Notes: generated from the sequence alone by a model not told the origin. A DNA stretch of 57,867 nt from Candidatus Parcubacteria bacterium (GCA_003599595.1 QZIP01000038.1:1-57867); one strand, 5' to 3'; counted from the stretch's first letter, positions 23,190 through 33,362 are shown. A program made the numbers and translations.

Positions 23190-24905
23190 ATGGCTTTTGT
23201 GAAATCATATTGGTCTTTAATTTTAGTACTCATTTTGTCACTTGGTACTATTCTCCCTCTTTTTCACCCTGGATTTTTTCCTATTCATGACAATACTCAG
23301 ATAGAGAGAGTATATGAAATGAACAAAAGTCTTTCAGATGGATTTTTTCCGGTTAGATGGGTAGAAGATCTGGGATATGGGTATGGTTATCCAATTTTTA
23401 ATTTTTATTCTCCTCTTCCTTATTATCTTGGCTCTATGTTTATCTTTTTAGGATTAAACGCCTTAGTTGCCACAAAAGCTATATTTGCATTAGGAATAAT
23501 CTTGTCAGGAGTGTTTATGTACATATTTATTAAGCAAATATTTGGAGAATTACCAGGTTTGATATCCGCAATTATTTATCTATATTTCCCCTACCATGCA
23601 ATAAATATCTATGTAAGAGGAGATTTAGATGAGATTTTTGCTTATGCATTTTTACCATTAGTATTTCTTGGAATCTTTAAAACATTTTTAATTTTCAAAG
23701 AAAAACCCCAGACAAACAGTGGCTTAAAATGGTTGATTATTCTTGCAGTTTCCGTGGCATTGGTAATTATATCCCACAATCTAACCTCATTTATGCTTTT
23801 AATAATACTTATGCCTTTGGTTCTAGTATTGTTCGGAGTATCCAATTTTAATTTAAAGCTCATTTCATATTATTTTATAGCTCTGTTTGTAGGTTTTCTA
23901 TTATCTTCATTTTACTCAATTCCGGCTCTTCTTGAAATGAATTACACTAATGTTACTTCCCAGATTGGTGGAGGAGCAAGTTTCTCTGACCACTTTGTTT
24001 GTCTAGATCAATTTTGGAATAGTGCCTGGGGGTATGGTGGATCTACAAAAAGTTGTCTGGATGGCATGAGTTTTAAGATTGGAAAATTAAATATAGCCAT
24101 TGCATTTTTGTCACTATTAATACTGTTTACCATCAGGCTGAAAAACAAAATGAAACTTGAAAAGAAAGATTATATTTATTTATTGTCTATCGTCTTTTTT
24201 TTCATCTCCCTGATTATGTCTACATCCTACTCATCATTTGTATGGAATCTCGTTCCAAATATGTCCTTTATACAATACCCTTGGAGATTTTTAAACTTTG
24301 CAGGTCTTTTTATTTCCATAGCCGCAGGGTTTATGGTTTTAAAAACTGAGACATTAATAGGTAAAAAAATACATCTTTTAATAGTATCTTTAATAGTCAT
24401 TTTAACAATTGGCTATAATCTTAAACTCTTTAATCCCCAATCTTATTATTTAAGTCCATCAGATTATTATACCAATCAAAATCATATAAAATGGGAAACT
24501 TCAAAAATATCAGATGAATATATGCCAAGAGACTTCTTTAAACCAAAAAATCAAACAGAAATTGTCCAAAAAAGATTTGAGTTTGATCAAGAAGTGAAGA
24601 TAAATAGCATACTTGATAATACGCAAAATATTGCACTTGATTTTGAAGCCCTGAAACCAACAAGGTTATATATAAATATTGCTCATTTCCCTGGATGGAA
24701 AATTACTTCTGATGAAAAAGAAGAAGCTATGATAACAAATAAAGGATATATCCTTAATGTTTCACCGGGACATAGGCTTGTAAATATTAGATTTGAGGGT
24801 ACAAAGGTACAAAAAACAGCAAATATGCTAACAATTATTGGAATTTTGATTGTTGTTATTGGTATAATAAATATCAGGCAGAAACGGATTTCTAGGGGGT
24901 CGTGA
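23190..24905 (+). CDS. GT-C-like family A, A3
   Basis: 571 aa. FFPIHDNTQIERVYEM..DGFFPVRW..GYGYPIFNF, IISHNLTSF, FYSIPALLEMNYT, IQYPWRFLN, HFPGWKITSDEKEE..PGHRLVNIRF plus a TM anchor. Confidence 0.6.
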   Translation: MAFVKSYWSLILVLILSLGTILPLFHPGFFPIHDNTQIERVYEMNKSLSDGFFPVRWVEDLGYGYGYPIFNFYSPLPYYLGSMFIFLGLNALVATKAIFALGIILSGVFMYIFIKQIFGELPGLISAIIYLYFPYHAINIYVRGDLDEIFAYAFLPLVFLGIFKTFLIFKEKPQTNSGLKWLIILAVSVALVIISHNLTSFMLLIILMPLVLVLFGVSNFNLKLISYYFIALFVGFLLSSFYSIPALLEMNYTNVTSQIGGGASFSDHFVCLDQFWNSAWGYGGSTKSCLDGMSFKIGKLNIAIAFLSLLILFTIRLKNKMKLEKKDYIYLLSIVFFFISLIMSTSYSSFVWNLVPNMSFIQYPWRFLNFAGLFISIAAGFMVLKTETLIGKKIHLLIVSLIVILTIGYNLKLFNPQSYYLSPSDYYTNQNHIKWETSKISDEYMPRDFFKPKNQTEIVQKRFEFDQEVKINSILDNTQNIALDFEALKPTRLYINIAHFPGWKITSDEKEEAMITNKGYILNVSPGHRLVNIRFEGTKVQKTANMLTIIGILIVVIGIINIRQKRISRGS

Positions 24906-25038
24906 TTACACAGGCACAAATGTCTGTAAAAATCCAAACGTTAGTCTTTAAGTCTGCCTATCGGTAGACAGGGATTTGTGCGGATTAAAAATCTGTGAAA
25001 CCAAAAAATCACGGTAACATATCTGTCAAAAAGTATTT
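24906..25038. repeat. Nested-palindrome intergenic spacer carrying GATTACAC and GGTTTCACRGATTTTTAATCCGC modules
   Basis: GCACAAAT / ATTTGTGC arms around hairpin GTCTGCC-TATC-GGTAGAC. 24972-25004 is the reverse complement of 34479-34510 at about 90% identity. Confidence 0.5.
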
Positions 25039-25752
25039 ATGGTAAAAAAGCTTCCTGAACTTTCAATTTTTTTTCCTTTCTGGAATGAGGGTAAAAACAT
25101 AGAAAATGTAGTCACAAGCGCTGTCGCAGTTGCTGAAAAAGTGGCAGATCAGTGGGAAATTGTTATGGTTGATGATGGATCATCAGATGATACCCTTGAA
25201 AAGGCCCAAAAACTTGCGCAAAAGAACAAGAATTTAAAAGTTGTAAGTCATTCTCCCAATAGGGGATATGGAGCAGCATTAAAAGAAGGTTTTTTAAACT
25301 CAAAATATAGATATATTGTATTTACAGACGGTGATAGGCAATTTGATTTTCAGGAGGTTACAAAATTCATTGAAAAAATTGATAATGCTGATATTGTCAT
25401 AGGATACAGAAGGGAAAGAAAAGATCATCCTGTCAGGCACCTTTTAATGAATTTGTTGAAGATATGGGACTATATCTTCTTTAGATTTTATTTTAAAGAC
25501 ATAGATTGTGCTTTTAAAATGTTTAAGAAAGAAGCAGTTGAAAGAATTATGCCTTTAAGATCGGAAGGGGCAATGATAACTACAGAAATACTTGCAAAAG
25601 CCAAAAACAAAAATCTAAAAATAGAACAGGTTGAGGTAAGTCATTATCCAAGAAAATACGGTGATCAAAGTGGAGCAAATATTTTTGTTATAGTCAGGGC
25701 TATCCTTGAAAGTTTAACCTTATGGCTAGATATAAAAAATGCAAGAATCTAA
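25039..25752 (+). CDS. GT2 polyprenyl-phosphate sugar synthase (DPM1/ArnC/GtrB-like)
   Basis: 237 aa. LSIFFPFWNE, MVDDGSSDDT, FTDGDRQFD, DIDCAFKMF. Confidence 0.8.
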   Translation: MVKKLPELSIFFPFWNEGKNIENVVTSAVAVAEKVADQWEIVMVDDGSSDDTLEKAQKLAQKNKNLKVVSHSPNRGYGAALKEGFLNSKYRYIVFTDGDRQFDFQEVTKFIEKIDNADIVIGYRRERKDHPVRHLLMNLLKIWDYIFFRFYFKDIDCAFKMFKKEAVERIMPLRSEGAMITTEILAKAKNKNLKIEQVEVSHYPRKYGDQSGANIFVIVRAILESLTLWLDIKNARI

Positions 25753-27190
25753 CTTTGAAACAATTGGCAAAAGATCTGCCCGGGGAATAGCTGCCTTAAT
25801 TTCCCGCTCTTTTTTTCTCAACATTATTTCCTACGCTACTTCTTTGGTGATATTTACCTACTTAACGCCAAAAGAGTTCGGAATTTATGCCGTGGTAATT
25901 GCAATGCAGCGTGTGGTAAGTTTTGTCACAGATTTTGGTTTGGGAGCAGCTCTTGTGCAGAAAAAAAATGAATTAAAGAAAGAAGATACAACAACATTTT
26001 TTACAATTCAGGTAGTTATTACACTTCTTGCTTTAATAATTCTCTTTTTTGCAAGAGACCTTATATCTTCATACTTCAAACTAAGCGAGACCTCCATATG
26101 GCTTTTGTTAGTATTGGTATTCACTGTTTTTCTTTCTTCATTCAAAGTTATTCCATCAGTTCAGCTTGAAAGAAAAATTAGGTTTGACAAACTTATTATC
26201 CCTCAAATAATAGAATCTTTTGTTTTTAATATGTTGCTTATTGTTTTGTTGGTAGCAAACCAAGGATTAAAAAGCTATATATGGGGATTTCTTGTCTCAA
26301 GTCTAGTAAGCATTCCTGCCTATTATTATATTTCTCCCTGGAAAATACGTATTGGAATATATAGAGAATCTTTAAAGCACTTAAAATACGGAATCCAGTT
26401 TCAGGGTAAAAACATTTTAGCTACCATAAAAGATGATTTTCTCACAATATTTCTTGCAAAAATACTTACATTCCAGGAAATTGGCTACATAGGATTTGGG
26501 CAAAGAAACGCTTTTTTTGCATACCGTTCAGTGGTTGATAATGTCACAAAGGTAACTTTTTCAACTTATTCAAGGATACAAGATAATTTAGAAGCATTAA
26601 GAGTAGCAATAAATAAATCGTTTTTTTATGTAAGTCTTTTAATGTTTCCAATTCTATCTGGAGTGATAATATTTGCTCCTTATCTAGTTGAGTATTTTCC
26701 CAGATGGCAGGGTAAATGGGAACTAGGATTGGTAAGCCTAACTTTTTTTAGTCTTAACGCGCTTATTTCTTCAATCTCCGGGATCTTAATTACCTTGTTA
26801 GATTCTTCAGGAAAAGTGAAAACAACCTTAAAGCTTATGACTTTATGGACAATACTCACATGGACTCTAACGCCCTTGTTTATTTATATTTTTGGTTTTA
26901 ATGGAGTTGCGATTGCATCATTTTTAATCACCTTCACTATCGTTATCACTATCCGCCTGGCTAAGAAAGTTGTTGAGTTTGATTTGTTGCAAAATATCTA
27001 CAAACCATTAATATCAACTGTGGTAATGAGCGTATTTGCTTATTGGTGTGCGCAGCTGCTAGTTTCAAACATGATAAGTCTAATAGTGGTTGTTTTCATT
27101 TCAGGATTGATATATGTTATAAACATATATCTTTTAGCCAAAGAAGAATTATTTCAAGGGGTTAAGTTAATTTTTATAAAAAGCACATGA
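25739..27190 (+). CDS. Wzx-like oligosaccharide flippase (MOP superfamily / polysaccharide biosynthesis protein)
   Basis: 483 aa, about 12-14 TM segments. N-terminal RSARGIAALISRSFFLNIISY..FGIYAVV..GLGAALVQ pattern. 14-nt overlap with the upstream GT2. Confidence 0.7.
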   Translation: MQESNFETIGKRSARGIAALISRSFFLNIISYATSLVIFTYLTPKEFGIYAVVIAMQRVVSFVTDFGLGAALVQKKNELKKEDTTTFFTIQVVITLLALIILFFARDLISSYFKLSETSIWLLLVLVFTVFLSSFKVIPSVQLERKIRFDKLIIPQIIESFVFNMLLIVLLVANQGLKSYIWGFLVSSLVSIPAYYYISPWKIRIGIYRESLKHLKYGIQFQGKNILATIKDDFLTIFLAKILTFQEIGYIGFGQRNAFFAYRSVVDNVTKVTFSTYSRIQDNLEALRVAINKSFFYVSLLMFPILSGVIIFAPYLVEYFPRWQGKWELGLVSLTFFSLNALISSISGILITLLDSSGKVKTTLKLMTLWTILTWTLTPLFIYIFGFNGVAIASFLITFTIVITIRLAKKVVEFDLLQNIYKPLISTVVMSVFAYWCAQLLVSNMISLIVVVFISGLIYVINIYLLAKEELFQGVKLIFIKST

Positions 27191-28134
27191 GTAATAAAAA
27201 TAATCTTTCTGTTGTCATATCTGCATATAATGAGCAAAAACATATCAAAGACTGTCTAGAGTCAGTTAGGGATCTTGCGGATGAAATAATTTTTATAGAC
27301 AACACGTCAGAGGATGACACATTAAAAATCGCAAAAAAATACACGGATAAAGTTTTTACCCATCCCAATAATCCAATGCTTAATATCAACAAAAATTATG
27401 GTTTCACAAAAGCAAGTTGTGATTGGATCTTAAACCTCGACGCAGACGAAAGAGTCACTTCAGAACTTGCAAACGAGATTAGGGAAGTAATCGGCTGCAA
27501 GTCACAAGTCACAAGCCACAAGCCAATTCAGGGTTACTGGATTCCAAGAAAAAATATGATCTTTGGAAAATGGATTCAAAATGATATGTGGTGGCCGGAT
27601 TACCAGTTAAGATTGTTTAAAAAAGGAAAGGGAAGCTTCCCAGAACAACACGTCCACGAATATCTCACGGTTCAAGGAGAAACTGAAAAACTCAGAGAGT
27701 CAATATTGCACATTAATTATTCATCCATTGATCAGTTTATCAATAAAATAGGTCTTTACACAGATAATGAAACAGAACAGGTACTGTCCTCAGGCAGAAA
27801 AATTATTTGGTTAGATGCCATAAGATTTCCTGCAAAGGATTTTATAAAGACCTTTTTTGCTCAAAAAGGGTATAGGGATGGTTTACATGGACTAGTATTG
27901 AGTATTCTTCAGGCATTTTATGCAGAGATTGTATTTGTAAAAATTTGGGAAAAACAAGGATTCACAGAGGAAAATAATAAAACCTTTTTAAAAGAGGTAT
28001 ATAAAGAATTTATAAAGATTGCTCTAGAAATAAGATATTGGTTTCTTTCCATTTTGATAGAGCAAGCCAGTAATCCCTTTAAAAAGATATTTTACCGCCT
28101 TCAAAGAAAAAACATAACCAGAAAACTTAAATAA
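27187..28134 (+). CDS. GT2 glycosyltransferase (WaaE/KdtX-like subgroup)
   Basis: 315 aa. LSVVISAYNEQKHIKDCLESVRDLADEIIFIDNTSEDDT, LDADE. ATGA overlap with the flippase gene. Confidence 0.75.
   Translation: MSNKNNLSVVISAYNEQKHIKDCLESVRDLADEIIFIDNTSEDDTLKIAKKYTDKVFTHPNNPMLNINKNYGFTKASCDWILNLDADERVTSELANEIREVIGCKSQVTSHKPIQGYWIPRKNMIFGKWIQNDMWWPDYQLRLFKKGKGSFPEQHVHEYLTVQGETEKLRESILHINYSSIDQFINKIGLYTDNETEQVLSSGRKIIWLDAIRFPAKDFIKTFFAQKGYRDGLHGLVLSILQAFYAEIVFVKIWEKQGFTEENNKTFLKEVYKEFIKIALEIRYWFLSILIEQASNPFKKIFYRLQRKNITRKLK
27498..27525 (+). repeat. Heptanucleotide array (CAAGTCA)2(CAAGCCA)2 inside the GT2 CDS
   Basis: Four tandem 7-mers encoding KSQVTSHKP in a region with no counterpart in paralog 33363-34112. 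Confidence 0.7.
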
Positions 28135-28145
28135 ATTCTTTATTA

Positions 28146-29093
28146 ATGGATATGAAAAAAGTAGCAATAGTAACATTAAGTTACAACAATGAAAAAGATA
28201 CAGCTGAATGTATAGAGTCAATAAATAACTTAAATACATCTACCTTTGACTTATCGGTTATAGTAGTAGATAACGGTTCAAATTCAAAATTCAACCCTTC
28301 GGCAAAGATCAGAGCAAGAATTCAAAATTCAAAATTAAATAAAGGACAATTGAACATAATAAGAAGTGAAGAAAATTTAGGGTTTGCAGAAGGGAACAAT
28401 ATCGGAATAAGGTATTCACTTGAAGAGGGTGCAGAATATATTTTATTGCTTAATAATGATACTTTAATAGACAAGAATTTAATTGTTGAATTGATAAAAA
28501 CAATTGAATCAAGTGACAAAATAGGTATAGTAGTTCCCAAGATATATTTTGCTCCCGGATACGAATTTCACAAAGACAGGTATGAAGAAAAAGAAAAAGG
28601 AAAAGTTATTTGGTATGCGGGGGGAGAAATAGATTGGAAAAATGTCATTGGTCATCATAGAGGTGTGGATGAAGTTGATCATAATCAGTTTGATAAAACA
28701 GAAGAAACTGAATTTGCAACCGGCTGCTGTATGTTGATTAAAAAAGAAGTGTTTGAAAAAATTGGAGCTTTTGACAAAAATTATTACCTTTATTATGAGG
28801 ATAGTGACTTCAGTGAAAGAACAAAAAAAGCAGGTTACAAAATCTTATTTAATCCAAAGGCTATAGTCTGGCACAAAAACGCAGGTTCAGCTGGAGGATC
28901 AGGTTCAAAACTTCAAGATTATTATATTACTCGCAATAGAATTTTATTTTCAATAAAATACGCTCCATTAAGATCAAAACTCGCCGTCTTAAAAGAAAGT
29001 GTAAAGATATTATTAAAAGGTAGAGATTGGCAAAGACGTGCAGTTGCCGACTTTTACTTTGGTAAGCTTGGTAAAGGAAGCTATGAAGAATAA
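28146..29093 (+). CDS. GT2 glycosyltransferase (WbbL/rhamnosyltransferase-like subgroup)
   Basis: 315 aa. VAIVTLSYNN, VVDNGSN, GFAEGNNIG, LLNNDT, GCCMLIKKEVFEKIGAFD, YYEDSDF. Confidence 0.75.
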   Translation: MDMKKVAIVTLSYNNEKDTAECIESINNLNTSTFDLSVIVVDNGSNSKFNPSAKIRARIQNSKLNKGQLNIIRSEENLGFAEGNNIGIRYSLEEGAEYILLLNNDTLIDKNLIVELIKTIESSDKIGIVVPKIYFAPGYEFHKDRYEEKEKGKVIWYAGGEIDWKNVIGHHRGVDEVDHNQFDKTEETEFATGCCMLIKKEVFEKIGAFDKNYYLYYEDSDFSERTKKAGYKILFNPKAIVWHKNAGSAGGSGSKLQDYYITRNRILFSIKYAPLRSKLAVLKESVKILLKGRDWQRRAVADFYFGKLGKGSYEE

Positions 29094-30843
29094 TTTCAGC
29101 TCCGATTTAACCAGATTCAAATTTCAAAAAAAGATCGGCGCATATACTGGTTTAATCTTAATCCTATTGTTCTCCCTTATTCCTCTCACTGATCTTTTTC
29201 ATCCGGGTCTACCCTTAACCCATGATGGTCAAGATCACGTGGCCCGGATTGCTAACTTTTATCAATCTTTTTCAGAAGGGAACTTTATTCCCAGATGGGC
29301 GGCTAATCTCAACTGGGGTTATGGACATCCAATACTTATGTTTCTTTATCCCTTGCCCTCTTATGCAAGTTCTCTGTTTCACTTTATAGGTTTTTCTTTG
29401 ACAGATTCCCTAAAAATTGTATTTGGCTTAAGCTTCATTTTGAGCGGGCTTGCAATGTATCTTTGGGTTAGAAATTTTCTTGGAGAGGCATCAGCACTTA
29501 TTGCGGGAGTATTCTATATTTTTGCTCCTTATAGATTTGTAGACCTTTATGTTAGGGGAGCAATTGGGGAACATACTGCTTTCATTTTTCCTCCACTACT
29601 ATTATATTTCTTGCTTAAGCTTTTCAAGGTTAAGTCATCAAATAGCCATGAACAATATTTTTACTCTATCGGTATTGCTTTTTCGCTTGCAGGCTTTATT
29701 CTTTCTCATAATGCAATCAGCCTTATGTTTCTTCCCTTTATATTCTTTTACGTTCTATACTTATCTCTTGATAAGAAGATAAAGACTAATAGTTCCTTGA
29801 TTAAATCACAACTATCAAGATTAGATGTGAATTATTTGATAAAAAGCTTATCATTTCTTGCTTTTGGATTTCTTATATCATCCTATTTTTGGGTTCCCGC
29901 TTTTTTTGAAGGGAAATATACTCTGAGAGACATAGTGACAAAAGGTGAGTATGCAAATCATTTTGTTAATGCTCCACGGTTGTTTAGTTCTGTTTGGAGT
30001 TACGGCGGGAGTCAAGATCTAAGTGTTCAAATAGGAATAATTCATTTAATAGGTACTGTCCTTTCAGTATTTCTTGCTATTAAATTATTCCATAAAAGCA
30101 AAAAAATATTTATGTTATACATTTTGTCTCTTATGTATTTATTAATATCATTAGTTCTCATGTTGGATCAATCTATTATAATTTGGCAAAAAGTTACTAT
30201 TTTACAAAAATTTCAATTTCCCTGGAGACTTTTATCTGTTGTTGTTTTTATGTCCTCATTTTTAGCAGCAATTGCTTTTTACGTTATTGAAAATAAAAAA
30301 ATGAAAAAGATTATTTTAATCATTTTTTTGGCATCCGTAATTATATTTAACAAAGACTATTGGCGGGCAAATGATTATCTTTACTTATCAGACAGCTTTT
30401 TTAAATCCATTTACAATGGCACGACAGATACAGGAGAAAGTGGACCTAAATGGTCTGTAAGATTTATGGAAAAAAGACCTAATAGTAGAATTGAAATTAT
30501 AGAAGGTAGCGGCAACATAAAAGAAATCTTTAGAGGTTCGACAGACCATAGATATATTATAGAATCCCCAGTAGATAGTGCCAGAGTTAGGGAAAATACT
30601 TTATATTTTCCCGGATGGGCAGTTTTTGTTGATGGAAAACCTGTTAACGTTGAATTCCAAGACCCAAGACATAGAGGTCTTATAACTTTTTATGTTGATA
30701 AGGGAAAACATTTAGTAGAAATTATTTTTGCCGAAACAAAACTCAGGCAAGCATCAAATATCTTATCTTTAATTTCGTTTATTACCATTTTGGTTTATGG
30801 CGCCCACGTATTTTCGTTAAAAAGACAAAAAAAAACTAAATAA
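29083..30843 (+). CDS. GT-C-like family A, A4
   Basis: LTHDGQDHVARIANFYQSFSEGNFIPRW..GYGHPILMF, ILSHNAISL, YFWVPAFFEGKYT, FQFPWRLLS, YFPGWAVFVDGKPV..GKHLVEIIF plus a TM anchor. ATG at 29083 preferred over the GTG at 29038. Confidence 0.6.
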   Translation: MKNNFSSDLTRFKFQKKIGAYTGLILILLFSLIPLTDLFHPGLPLTHDGQDHVARIANFYQSFSEGNFIPRWAANLNWGYGHPILMFLYPLPSYASSLFHFIGFSLTDSLKIVFGLSFILSGLAMYLWVRNFLGEASALIAGVFYIFAPYRFVDLYVRGAIGEHTAFIFPPLLLYFLLKLFKVKSSNSHEQYFYSIGIAFSLAGFILSHNAISLMFLPFIFFYVLYLSLDKKIKTNSSLIKSQLSRLDVNYLIKSLSFLAFGFLISSYFWVPAFFEGKYTLRDIVTKGEYANHFVNAPRLFSSVWSYGGSQDLSVQIGIIHLIGTVLSVFLAIKLFHKSKKIFMLYILSLMYLLISLVLMLDQSIIIWQKVTILQKFQFPWRLLSVVVFMSSFLAAIAFYVIENKKMKKIILIIFLASVIIFNKDYWRANDYLYLSDSFFKSIYNGTTDTGESGPKWSVRFMEKRPNSRIEIIEGSGNIKEIFRGSTDHRYIIESPVDSARVRENTLYFPGWAVFVDGKPVNVEFQDPRHRGLITFYVDKGKHLVEIIFAETKLRQASNILSLISFITILVYGAHVFSLKRQKKTK

Positions 30844-33251
30844 TGAAAAAAAAGATTATCTCTCTTCTACCAATATTTTTTATTTTTATTTTATGGATTA
30901 TTTTTTCTTATCCCTACTTTTTCAATAACAAAATTCCATACCCTTCTGATTATCAGGTAAATTTTTTCCCTCCCTGGAGCTCATATGAAGAATTTTGGGG
31001 GCCAATTAAAAATAATGCAATGCCAGACGTTGTCACTCAAATATATCCGTGGAAGCATTTTACAATAGAAACCTGGAAAATGGGCCAAATACCTCTATGG
31101 AATCCGAATAGTTTTGTAGGAAATGTTCATTTAGCAAACTACCAATCTGCTGTTCTCTCACCCTTCAACTTATTATTTTTTTTACTTCCCTTTGTTGATG
31201 CCTGGAGCTTGCTCGTTTTATTACAGCCATTGCTTGCCGGAATATTTACCTACGTATTTGTCAGAAGCTTAAAAGTAAGTAAAATTGGAAGCCTTATTTC
31301 TTCTATTTCTTTCATGTTTTGCGGTTTTATAACCGTCTGGATGGCTTATGGAACACTTGGATATGCTCTTCTTTTTTTGCCGCTTGCGCTTTTAGGTATA
31401 GAAAAATTTCACCAGACTCAACAAACAAAGTATCTAGTTCTCTTATCTTTAACTATTCCCTTATCCTTCTTTAGTGGACACTTTCAAATCAGTTTATACT
31501 TCTTTGCTACAGTTTTAGCCTACATCATTTATAAATTTGCTGTTACAAAAAAAGTACCTAATACTTTATACCTAATACTTTATGCCTTCTTCGGTCTTTT
31601 GCTATCTCTTCCTCAAATACTTCCTTCAATAGAATCATACTCGCAAACTTTTAGAAGTCTGCTTTATCAAAAACATGAAGCAATACCCCTAAATTATATT
31701 TTGACCTTTTTCCCCCCAGACTTTTACGGTAATCCTGTCACACGCAACGACTGGTTTGGTCATTACGCAGAATGGAATGCTTACTCAGGTGTAATTCCCC
31801 TACTTTTAGCAATTCTTGCTGCTTTTAGTAGAAAGTTTTATAGCACCGGATTCTTTGTCATTATTTGTTTAGGCACATTTTTTCTTGCTGTTGATACTGT
31901 GATTGTTAATATTGTAGTTAATATGCATATTCCTGTTATCTCCACCAGCTCTTTAAGTAGGATTGTTGGAGTTTTCAGTTTTTCAGTTGCAGTTTTGGCA
32001 GGATTTGGATTTGATGAAGTTATTAAAAAAACTTATAGTCAGAAGAAATATATTTACTGGATAATCAGTTCTCTTGTTATTTTTGCAATTCTTTGGATTG
32101 TTGTATTTTTGAAACTAATTCCTGACCCCTCAAAAATACATATTGCAAAAAGCAACCTTATATTTCCTACAATAATATTTACTTTAGGGTTCTTTGTAAT
32201 AATTTCTCATCTTTTAATTAACAAAATTATCAAGTTTCTTTCCTTGCCCTATTTCAATTCATTGCCTAACATAATTAAACAAAAGAAAAATATAACAGCT
32301 CTTTTATCTATCACAATTTTACTGATAATATCGTTTGACTTGGTTAGATTCTCAAGTAAATGGATGCCATTTGATCCAAGGGACCGTGTTTTCCCAAGCC
32401 TCGCTATCACAAAATTTCTTCCCCAAATATCATCAGCAGACCGTGCTCTTGGCAATTATGGTGCTGAGTTATCAGCTTACTACAACATTCCTTCTTTGGA
32501 AGGCTATGACCCAATCTATCTTAAGAGATATGGGGAATTTGCCGCCTACATAGAAAGAGGTGAGTTTGGTGAGTCGGGACGCTCTGTTGTAAATTTTCCA
32601 AGGAGCGGAGTTTATACAGATAAAGCAATTGATTTATTGGGGGTAAGATATATATTGCATAAGACATCAGATAATGGAGTAGGGTGGACATTTCCTTACT
32701 GGAATTACCCAAACAAGTTCAAGCTTATTTTTGAAGATGGAAAATATCAGGTTTATGAGAATAAAGAATCTTTCCCAAGAGCTTTTCTAGTAAATAATTA
32801 CAAGGTGATTAAACAAGAAGAAGAGATTTTAAAAACTCTATTTAATAACAGCTTTGATTTAAGCAAAGAAGTTATTCTTGAAGAAGAGCCAAATATTGAA
32901 TCAAGTAAAAAAATTCCAGCAGGTGAGGCAAAAATCATAAGATACATGCCCAACTCTATAGATGTGACAGTCAATGCAGTCTCCAGTTCAATCCTTCTCC
33001 TGACTGATAATTATTACCCTGGATGGGAAGCTTATATAGATGGGAATAAAACAAAAATATACCGCGGAAATTACACTTTCCGCGCTGTCATTGTTCCAAA
33101 AGGACAACACAATGTTAAATTTGTATATAATCCTCTAAGTTTTAGGATTGGAGTGTTTTTAGCAATCCTTGGCTTACTTGGAATTGTTGGATTTACTGTT
33201 ATAATAAAAAAGCGAAAAATGCAAAACTCAAAAGTCAAAACCAAAGTTTAA
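30843..33251 (+). CDS. GT-C family B (YfhO-like) B2
   Basis: 802 aa. IYPWK..GQIPLWNPNSFVGNVHLANYQSAVLSPFN, PDFYGNP, YYPGWEAYIDGNKTKIYRGN..GQHNVKFVY plus a TM anchor. TAATG overlap with A4. The C-terminal tail is encoded by heptamer repeats. Confidence 0.7.
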   Translation: MKKKIISLLPIFFIFILWIIFSYPYFFNNKIPYPSDYQVNFFPPWSSYEEFWGPIKNNAMPDVVTQIYPWKHFTIETWKMGQIPLWNPNSFVGNVHLANYQSAVLSPFNLLFFLLPFVDAWSLLVLLQPLLAGIFTYVFVRSLKVSKIGSLISSISFMFCGFITVWMAYGTLGYALLFLPLALLGIEKFHQTQQTKYLVLLSLTIPLSFFSGHFQISLYFFATVLAYIIYKFAVTKKVPNTLYLILYAFFGLLLSLPQILPSIESYSQTFRSLLYQKHEAIPLNYILTFFPPDFYGNPVTRNDWFGHYAEWNAYSGVIPLLLAILAAFSRKFYSTGFFVIICLGTFFLAVDTVIVNIVVNMHIPVISTSSLSRIVGVFSFSVAVLAGFGFDEVIKKTYSQKKYIYWIISSLVIFAILWIVVFLKLIPDPSKIHIAKSNLIFPTIIFTLGFFVIISHLLINKIIKFLSLPYFNSLPNIIKQKKNITALLSITILLIISFDLVRFSSKWMPFDPRDRVFPSLAITKFLPQISSADRALGNYGAELSAYYNIPSLEGYDPIYLKRYGEFAAYIERGEFGESGRSVVNFPRSGVYTDKAIDLLGVRYILHKTSDNGVGWTFPYWNYPNKFKLIFEDGKYQVYENKESFPRAFLVNNYKVIKQEEEILKTLFNNSFDLSKEVILEEEPNIESSKKIPAGEAKIIRYMPNSIDVTVNAVSSSILLLTDNYYPGWEAYIDGNKTKIYRGNYTFRAVIVPKGQHNVKFVYNPLSFRIGVFLAILGLLGIVGFTVIIKKRKMQNSKVKTKV

Positions 33252-33362
33252 AAATCAAAACTTATTATACTATTATTGCAAAGTTTTTAGCTTTAAGTTT
33301 TAGTTTTGAGCTTTGACCCCGATTTAATCGGGGTTGAGATTTAAGTTTTGAGATTGTTTATT
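33220..33362. repeat. Palindromic element built from heptamer arrays around a CCCCGAT palindrome
   Basis: AAACTCA/AAAGTCA/AAACCAA heptamers (from 33224), complementary AAGTTTTAGTTTTGAGCTTTGAC, palindrome ACCCCGATTTAATCGGGGT (33316-33334), then TTGAGATTTAAGTTTTGAGATT. Confidence 0.6.

Noticed and set aside
29038-29082. Upstream alternative starts proposed by the ORF track (GTG 29038, TTG 10555, TTG 20014, GTG 34620, 33348, 47314, TTG 52282)
   Set aside because: The extensions add residues without counterpart in the paralog alignments or overlap the preceding gene extensively. Downstream ATGs give N-termini that align with paralogs (for example MRIGIYDPY, MNKNNLIFGLI). Starts remain uncertain without experimental data.
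30826-30856. A9/A8 and T9 homopolymers in coding regions (30826-30856, 35775-35785, 35821-35829) as phase-variation tracts
   Set aside because: Poly-A/T runs of this length are expected in ~30% GC DNA and encode Lys/Phe-rich termini typical of these proteins. Unlike the C7 tract, none coincides with a frame disruption.
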